A stretch of 64,000 nt of DNA from Fimbriimonadales bacterium (GTDB lineage: Bacteria; Armatimonadota; Fimbriimonadia; Fimbriimonadales; ATM1): contig JBGTLG010000015.1 of assembly GCA_041744215.1 (NCBI GenBank), positions 1 through 64,000 on the forward strand. The letters run 5' to 3'. A model generated the notes under the pieces. That model was not told where the DNA came from and searched no databases. It worked only from the letters and a program-made list of their open reading frames with translations. Positions 58,301 through 64,000 of the stretch are shown here, piece after piece; positions within the stretch are counted from its first letter, which is position 1; each line of letters opens with the position of its first letter. A program made the position numbers and the translations under genes.

Positions 58301-59788
58301 CAGCTACGCGCAGAGTTTAAGAACGAAGGGTCAGTCGCCCGCAGGGTTTGGTTCTTCGGCGCAGAAGTAGGTGCGCAAAGTGTGCTTACTGTGCGCCGCG
58401 ACACTCGGCGCGTCGAGATTACTGCCGCTCTCGGAATGGACCCAGAAGAAGCACAGATACTGCGCCCTCAAGAAGCGCTCCTCGAAGGAGGTCGCTGGTT
58501 TGAACCCGGCGAACATAGATCCGCGATCCTCCCCCAATCTGTCGCAGAGCGACTTGATATCCGGGCTGCTGATGCCGGCCAGAGTTCAGTGGTGTTCGGC
58601 GGTGAAACTTACCTTGTAATCGGCATCGCCCGAGACGTCGACTTAAACAACATCGTCGACTTAGACGACGAATCAGTCCTGCCAGCCAACTTTACACAAT
58701 CGCAACAAATGCGCCAACAAGGACAAGGAGGCGACGACGCATTTCGAAAGTTTGTGCGTCTTGATGCGTCACAGCTGATCATACTTTCATCGCAAGCGTT
58801 GGTTGACCTCGGCGCAGACATTCGTTCGATAGCCGTTGGATTCTCCTCGCAGACTCAAGTAACCGCGGCGATGAATCGCATCATGCCCCGGACTGGGCTC
58901 AATCTGTACGCAAGTGCCAAAGGCGCCGATGGCCCTGAGATTCGCCGATTTAGCACCGTGGCGGCGTCCCAAAGCAGAGGCCTCGAGCTTGTGTTGATCC
59001 CTCTCCTGATGGCGGCCGTAATCGTCCTGAACACGATGATTGCGAGCGTCATTGAGAGGCGAAGAGAAATCGGGATCTTTAGTGCTGTGGGACTCGCTCC
59101 AAAGCAGATCGCTTCGTTGTTCTTGGCCGAGTCCCTCGTCTACGCAGTGATCGGATCGTTTTCGGGTTACCTCATCGCCCAGTTGTTCGCGGCCGTTTCT
59201 TCTGCGACAGGTTGGTTTTCTGGCATCAGCCTGAATTACGGAAGCCTGTCCGCAGTTCTTGCAACATTGCTCGTCGTCGCGATCGTCTTGCTGAGCGCAC
59301 TTTATCCCTCGAACATAGCAAAGAAAATCGCATCGCCATCCGGTTCCGATGATTGGTCAGTCTCATCGCCAGAGGGCGACAATTGGAAGGTACGCCTTCC
59401 GTTCACAGTTTCGAAGGCTCACGCGGGAGGGCTAGCGCAGTTTTATGGCGAGTGGTTCGCAAGCTACCAAGACCACGCCATTGGAGAGCTAGTGACGTCG
59501 GATGTCGAAAGCGGCGCAGATGGAGATGACTTTTTCTGCAGGGCTCGGTGTTGGATTGCACCCTTCGATTTGGGCGTGCAGCAGCAATTCTCCATCAGAT
59601 TTCTTCCCACCGATATGAGGGACATCTACGAAATTGTTCTCGATCTCCGTCGACTTAGCGGCGATCCGGAACATTGGGAAACCCTAAATCGTCGGTTCTT
59701 CACATCGCTGCGAAAGCAGTTCCTTATCTGGCGCACGCTCACCCCTGATCAGAAGACGCCGTACCTATCCCCGGTCCACGCTCAATAG
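55370..59788 (+). CDS. 1472-aa fusion: PA plus M28-like peptidase fold, membrane domain and FtsX-like permease domain
   Basis: Signal peptide, PA insert (DVRGAIVL), YILVSAYADS...GAAALLEIA, TM cluster, RRRKARTLLT, ERRREIGIFSAVGLAP...FLAES. Confidence 0.85.
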   Translation: MRVLSLIALTTLAPATIFGARDYSSTLKDISLHRLRDTIDRIAAEGRLGAPSASTTQFLIGANGLGSLGQVHSERYPLAIPDPNATATLQLGGSSVQIFPLWPNGARTNTCEVSGTLMDAGDGAIERFDGMDVRGAIVLMNFDSGQNWRNAAKLGARAVLFPEPEFATRADGEEKWSTLSLNMPRFWIPNEHKESVRAAIGQKVSVSSQQKWRQITAANHWVVLPGNDPVLRDEYILVSAYADSVSVVPGLAPGGEQAAGAAALLEIAKAIRKAGTKRSVIFLLTTGHFQAMQGIRHFIEYRLRDKWKATGGRTPQFAFMLDLSSKHTGIAAEAFGWWVQYRAENVENERVVARYLRERMPDISAAMRMPSTELFADAVNNPDGRHWKNHVPGRFAAEAEICNLAGLNAISFVTAEDARMQQDLPLDTPDKVHIGNLATQARTIACLLLHAANDPTDESIRNAPVAPYRGGSRMARMSLTSGFATVTGRVLTFDPRKSFLPDTSVPGAIATMPGRNKSYMGVRGLSVAFATGDNARYAFFGVPTVTNYPVNLRKYVGVLAYAFDAQGDISLAVDYMVQATSAFSSEFMMTTSHRETPVIVFECRQIDFYGLTDPHSLKPLTGFTILDARNDARPRQGFYEADITETRLQSAVDDALVYFTLRETRTKLLAYGVTGDVRFALTNSSPENPIGVGFPASEVAGEDHQPGAPVVFRHLELQAARDLYAINEWRLASLRKHNIVNAGLERLQGLAHEEIGRAEDSLAAKEYAASERSAFAAWGFALQAHPKILAETKDVLNGLLFYLALLLPFSYFAERLLFNAKRLSRQILGASGVFLVSFGLLRLLHPAFELTGQTMMIFVAFTMGALSLLVTVFVTGKFESGLQELQEAQDGLHSQKAARIGIAMTALSIGLGSMRRRKARTLLTCATLVLVTFIVLSFTSVVSDLRFNEVEAPGSPRYAGLLLRDKTFEQLDDTAHRQLRAEFKNEGSVARRVWFFGAEVGAQSVLTVRRDTRRVEITAALGMDPEEAQILRPQEALLEGGRWFEPGEHRSAILPQSVAERLDIRAADAGQSSVVFGGETYLVIGIARDVDLNNIVDLDDESVLPANFTQSQQMRQQGQGGDDAFRKFVRLDASQLIILSSQALVDLGADIRSIAVGFSSQTQVTAAMNRIMPRTGLNLYASAKGADGPEIRRFSTVAASQSRGLELVLIPLLMAAVIVLNTMIASVIERRREIGIFSAVGLAPKQIASLFLAESLVYAVIGSFSGYLIAQLFAAVSSATGWFSGISLNYGSLSAVLATLLVVAIVLLSALYPSNIAKKIASPSGSDDWSVSSPEGDNWKVRLPFTVSKAHAGGLAQFYGEWFASYQDHAIGELVTSDVESGADGDDFFCRARCWIAPFDLGVQQQFSIRFLPTDMRDIYEIVLDLRRLSGDPEHWETLNRRFFTSLRKQFLIWRTLTPDQKTPYLSPVHAQ

Positions 59789-60961
59789 TCGGTCGTAACA
59801 CTCAACTAGCACACGCTTTGAATAATCCCAAGCTAGCATCGACTCGACGCGCTTCCTCCCGATCTCACCCATCCGTTTCCTCCCTGCCTCATCGAGCACC
59901 AGCGCCTTCATAGCAGCGCCCATCGCCTTCGCATCATCGTTCGCGATGTAAACAGCCGCCTCGCCTGCGCTGTATCGAGACTCCTTCAGGTCGAAACTGA
60001 CAACCGGAAGCGACATTGCCATGTACTCAACGATTTTGTTCATAGTGCTGACGTCGTTTAAGGGATTCTTCGGATCCGGCGCGATCCCGAACGTGGCAGT
60101 CGATAGATACAGCTTCAACTCCTCGTCCGAAATCCTTCCCGTGAAGCTAACGTAGTCCTCAAGCCCCAACTCTTTATGCTGGGCGACAAGATCGTCATAG
60201 CTGTCCCCTGCGCCGATAAAGGCAAAAGCGGTGTCGGCCAATCCCAAATCAATCGCATGCCGAATCGCTCTAAGCGCATAATCGACTCCATCCTGAGGCC
60301 CCATCACGCCCAAATACACGCCAAGGTGCTTCCGGCCCTTCTTTAGCGACTCGTCAGGCTGGACCCGCTGAAATCGCGAAAGCAGCGGACCACTTCTAAC
60401 AACGGCTATGTCTTCTGCCCTCTTTCCTCCCCTCAACATCGCCACCTCCTTGTAACTTTCGTTGGTGGAGATTACAGCATCCGCTGTCTCGAACTGCTTA
60501 CGCTCCAGCCACAAGAGCATTCGATACAAGGCATCCTGACGGTCGTACTTTGAGACATAGAGTTCCGGACACAAGTCGTGATGGTCAAAAACAAACTTTA
60601 CGCCCCTCCGCTTGTACCCTTTCGCAATCTTCCAAAACGTATCGGGCGGATTGCACGAGTGAATCACATCAAACGGATCCTCGCACCAAATGCGTTTGGA
60701 GAGTCGCTTGGTTTGTTGATAGCAATACCAAAACTCCTGTATGAAGCTCAGCTTGCTCTTCGTCGGCTGCGGCATTGGGTATCGATAAACATGAATCCCT
60801 TCGATGATTTGGTCAGGCTCGTCACTATGCTGCGGTGGACATGGCGAGATAACGCTCACCTTGTAGCCTGCCTCAGTAAGCGCAAGCGATTCCATCCACA
60901 CTCGCCTGTCAAACGGAACCGGCAAGTTCTCAACGAGTATGAGAATATGTCCCTTTCTCAC
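59765..60961 (-). CDS. Glycosyltransferase family 4 protein
   Basis: PVPFDRRV, NPPD, DHHDLCPE, KIVEYMA. Confidence 0.93.
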   Translation of the reverse strand: MRKGHILILVENLPVPFDRRVWMESLALTEAGYKVSVISPCPPQHSDEPDQIIEGIHVYRYPMPQPTKSKLSFIQEFWYCYQQTKRLSKRIWCEDPFDVIHSCNPPDTFWKIAKGYKRRGVKFVFDHHDLCPELYVSKYDRQDALYRMLLWLERKQFETADAVISTNESYKEVAMLRGGKRAEDIAVVRSGPLLSRFQRVQPDESLKKGRKHLGVYLGVMGPQDGVDYALRAIRHAIDLGLADTAFAFIGAGDSYDDLVAQHKELGLEDYVSFTGRISDEELKLYLSTATFGIAPDPKNPLNDVSTMNKIVEYMAMSLPVVSFDLKESRYSAGEAAVYIANDDAKAMGAAMKALVLDEAGRKRMGEIGRKRVESMLAWDYSKRVLVECYDRLLSVDRG

Positions 60962-62259
60962 CAGTAAAGCCCGTCGTATTCCCCAGCAAACTTCTCCGGG
61001 GACCCCACCTTCGCCAAGTCGAGGACTTTGTGCCGGGTCTCGATTGCAGAAATCAATTCACGATATGGCTCTGCGTCGTGGCCAAACACGATAACGTCGC
61101 CATGAGTTATGGCCTCGTCGGCCGATACCAGAATCCGTTTTAGGTGCGGCAGTTCGTTATCGATGTATGCTTTGTTAGAGCCAAAGAGCGCGGCATACTC
61201 CACGTTTGGGTCAAAGATCCGCAAATCATATCCTTTCCCTAATAGCATTTCAGCCAGGGTCACCAGCGGACTTTCGCGCAAGTCGTCCGTTCCCTCCTTA
61301 AAACTGATTCCCAACATAGCTATCTTCTTGGACCCTTGCGACATGATCCTGTCAGCGGCACGCTCAATCTGGAGTTTGTTGCTAAGCAATGAACCTTCAA
61401 ACATGGGCAGATGAACATCGCTCTCACGGGCTTTGTGCGTGTACGCACGCATATCTTTCGGGAGACAGCTGCCACCGTAGGCGAACCCAGGTTTCATATA
61501 CTTTGTTGAAATGTTCAGCTTTGTGTCGCGGCAGATGATATCGAGCACTTCACGCGAATCCACACCTAAAGTCTTGCATAGCATCCCCATCTCGTTCGCA
61601 AACGTAATTTTCAGCGCATGGAAAATGTTGCATCCATACTTGATCGCTTCGGCAGTCGATAACCTGCAGTGAATGAATTCGCCGGGAATACTCGCGTACA
61701 TTTGCCGGACTCGGTCGAACTCTTCAGGAGAATCTGTGCCGATCACCGTGTAAGGTGGATTGTAAAAGTCGTAGATCGACACGCCTTCTCGCAGAAACTC
61801 GGGATTCATGCTCACCCCAAAGCTCTCCTGTGGCGCTTCCTTTGACAATGCGGGAATCACGAGGGACTCAGTCGTTCCAGGCAGCACGGTGGAGCGAACC
61901 ACAACCGAATGATATGAACCCTTCGCGCGAACCGCCTTGCCAATCTCGCCCGAGACCTTCTCAACATATTCTGTTCGAAGACTGCCATTCGCATTTGAAG
62001 GGGTGCCGACGCAAATCAGCGACAGATCGGTGGTCGCGACAGCAGACATGAAGTCCCCGGTAACGGACAACCGACCGGAAGCCACGCCGGCGGCCATCAA
62101 CTCATCCAGACCCTCTTCGACAATAGGACTCTTGCCAGAACCGATCAGGTCCAATTTTCGAGAATCGGGGTCGACACCGATAACCGTGTGGCCTTCTTTC
62201 ACAAGACAGGCGCCGGTCACGGCGCCTACATAACCCAGTCCAAAAATCGAGATACGCAT
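60958..62259 (-). CDS. UDP-glucose / GDP-mannose dehydrogenase family protein
   Basis: GLGYVG, CVGTPS, NPEFLREG, GGSCLPKD, FKEGTDDLRESP. Confidence 0.95.
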   Translation of the reverse strand: MRISIFGLGYVGAVTGACLVKEGHTVIGVDPDSRKLDLIGSGKSPIVEEGLDELMAAGVASGRLSVTGDFMSAVATTDLSLICVGTPSNANGSLRTEYVEKVSGEIGKAVRAKGSYHSVVVRSTVLPGTTESLVIPALSKEAPQESFGVSMNPEFLREGVSIYDFYNPPYTVIGTDSPEEFDRVRQMYASIPGEFIHCRLSTAEAIKYGCNIFHALKITFANEMGMLCKTLGVDSREVLDIICRDTKLNISTKYMKPGFAYGGSCLPKDMRAYTHKARESDVHLPMFEGSLLSNKLQIERAADRIMSQGSKKIAMLGISFKEGTDDLRESPLVTLAEMLLGKGYDLRIFDPNVEYAALFGSNKAYIDNELPHLKRILVSADEAITHGDVIVFGHDAEPYRELISAIETRHKVLDLAKVGSPEKFAGEYDGLYW

Positions 62260-62328
62260 GAGATTGCTTTGGGGAGCAGCCCGAAGTATACCGGCGCAAG
62301 TTCAAGGCCAGACACAGACAGGTGCTCC

Positions 62329-64000
62329 CTACAAGTAACGCTCAAACCAAGCCAGAATCTCCTGGAGGCGGTGAATTCGCATGTCGACCGGGCCATTTCG
62401 GCTCATGCCATGGCTCGTGTTGCCGGGATATCGGACCAGCTTCGACGGAACTCCAAGCATTTGCAAAAACGTGTACACCTGCTCGCCCTGCTCCACGTGG
62501 CAGCGCAAGTCTCCTTCGCTGTGGATCACCAACGTCGGCGTCTTTACATTCTTAAAGTGCTTGACCGGACTCCTTTCCCACAAGTGCTCCCACTCATCGA
62601 ACGCAGCACCTGGCCATACGCCGTCCGGGACAAACGTGTAGTCGCTGTTGCCGCTCTTGCTAAGAAGATTCGAAACACACCGATCGGTGATCGCCGCACG
62701 GTAGTCAGCCGAATGACTGATCGCCCAGTTAACCATATAGCCGCCATACGAGCCACCTAAGATCCCGATCCGATCCGAGTCCGTATACGGAAGCGCCTTC
62801 GTGAACTCCGTTACGGCTCGCACGTCCGCCCAGTCCGCAACTCCCCAATCTCCCGAAATGCAGCGGGCAAACTCTTCCCCGTAGCCTGTGCTGCCGCGGA
62901 TGTTCGAGAACACAACCACATAGCCGGCCGCTGCCAGCAGTTGCATCTCGAAAAAGAGCGCTGAGTGGTACATCCCATGCGGTCCGCCATGAATCTCGAT
63001 TGCGGCAGGTCTGACGCTGCCAGCACCAGGATGCTGCAGCACCCATGTTTGAATCCGAACCCCGGGCTCCGACTCGACCCAGTGTTCTTCGGGTGTGGCG
63101 ATCTCCACTTCGCCCTCGAGTTGCTCATTGAAACTCGATCTCCACAACTCCCTGCCATTGGGATCCAGCAGCGCAACCTCTGGAAACCCATCTTCGCGCA
63201 ATCGGCAGGCAGCGATTCGTCCGATCGGATCGACGGAACCGAGGAGGCACTCCCCGCGTACGGAGGTGATGCGCGACAACGATCCCGACGCCGCGTCGAA
63301 CGCCGCAATCTGCGTCGAGCCGCGCTCCGACAAACTCGCGAAAACTTGTTTGCCATCTGTTGACCAAACCAGCCTTGGCTCGGGAGCCTCGCGACAGTCG
63401 CCGATGGTGTGGACGCCAACGTCGACATCAGGGCCGGTCAAGACGCGGAACTCCCCCGTCACCGAATCGTACACCGCGAGTAACGTCGACTTGATCCCGA
63501 AGTGGTCAGCGCTCCGATCCTGATACATCATCGCGACCGAGCCTCCGCCCGGCTGAAGAGCGAATGCGCCGAAGTTTCCAGCGGGATACCCGGACATCGC
63601 GCGCTGCTCGCGCGTTTCCACGTCAACAACAAACATCTGCTCATTCCACGGTTCCATCGAGGGTCGATCCGAGACGTTGTAAGCAACTAACAGCGATCCC
63701 GAATCGGCAGTCCAGCAGAACGCGTACTCGCCATCTGCAGCCGAATTGAGGACGCTCCTGTGGGTTCCAGCCTCGACGTCAAGCACACACAGTTCGAACC
63801 TGTCACCGCCGAAAACCCCGTCCCCGTCCATCCGCCAGATCAAAGTGTCGACCTCCCACGGAGGTTCACTCTCACCAGACTCTTCCCTCGTCTTCTTCGC
63901 AGCCGCGGTTCTGTTCGGAGACTTGGCTCGGAACAAAAAAGCAATCATTCGTCCATCCGGAGACCACTCAAATCTACCGACTGACCCTTCAGGCAATCTG
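62329..64000 (-). CDS. S9 family peptidase (acylaminoacyl-peptidase-like), 5' end beyond the window
   Basis: IHGGPH, GGSYGG, EGDLRC, SHG catalytic triad; N-terminal propeller. Confidence 0.93.
   Translation of the reverse strand, partial: RLPEGSVGRFEWSPDGRMIAFLFRAKSPNRTAAAKKTREESGESEPPWEVDTLIWRMDGDGVFGGDRFELCVLDVEAGTHRSVLNSAADGEYAFCWTADSGSLLVAYNVSDRPSMEPWNEQMFVVDVETREQRAMSGYPAGNFGAFALQPGGGSVAMMYQDRSADHFGIKSTLLAVYDSVTGEFRVLTGPDVDVGVHTIGDCREAPEPRLVWSTDGKQVFASLSERGSTQIAAFDAASGSLSRITSVRGECLLGSVDPIGRIAACRLREDGFPEVALLDPNGRELWRSSFNEQLEGEVEIATPEEHWVESEPGVRIQTWVLQHPGAGSVRPAAIEIHGGPHGMYHSALFFEMQLLAAAGYVVVFSNIRGSTGYGEEFARCISGDWGVADWADVRAVTEFTKALPYTDSDRIGILGGSYGGYMVNWAISHSADYRAAITDRCVSNLLSKSGNSDYTFVPDGVWPGAAFDEWEHLWERSPVKHFKNVKTPTLVIHSEGDLRCHVEQGEQVYTFLQMLGVPSKLVRYPGNTSHGMSRNGPVDMRIHRLQEILAWFERYL

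Overview
A roughly 60% GC bacterial chromosomal segment, probably Armatimonadota/Fimbriimonadia-like. That assignment is inferred from the PEP-CTERM protein, the prepilin H-X9-DG protein, the many secreted peptidases and the leaderless-type gene starts. Most of the window is housekeeping and secreted-hydrolase genes: rho, hpt, galE, ispE, folC, larA, tRNA-Trp, rpsT, a his operon, M14/M28/S9 peptidases and TolB-like proteins. The main finding is at 743-2035 and is missed by the ORF track. Two convergent paralogous genes each encode a signal peptide, then TGA-x-x-TGA-Pro-Gly in frame, then a SECIS-like hairpin, then a probable small outer-membrane beta-barrel. They are candidate UxxU double-selenocysteine outer-membrane proteins. 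No Sec machinery gene lies in this window, so the recoding is inferred. Other notable items: a leaderless His4 leader peptide with attenuator before hisG, a HisA-HisI-HisE fusion, a 21-bp tandem array beside a helical+FN3 gene, a RAYT transposase with a GTAG-footed REP-like hairpin, and a 1472-aa pseudo-peptidase/FtsX permease fusion. A few isolated in-frame stops (1688, 3095) and an odd stretch of galE suggest local base-call errors.
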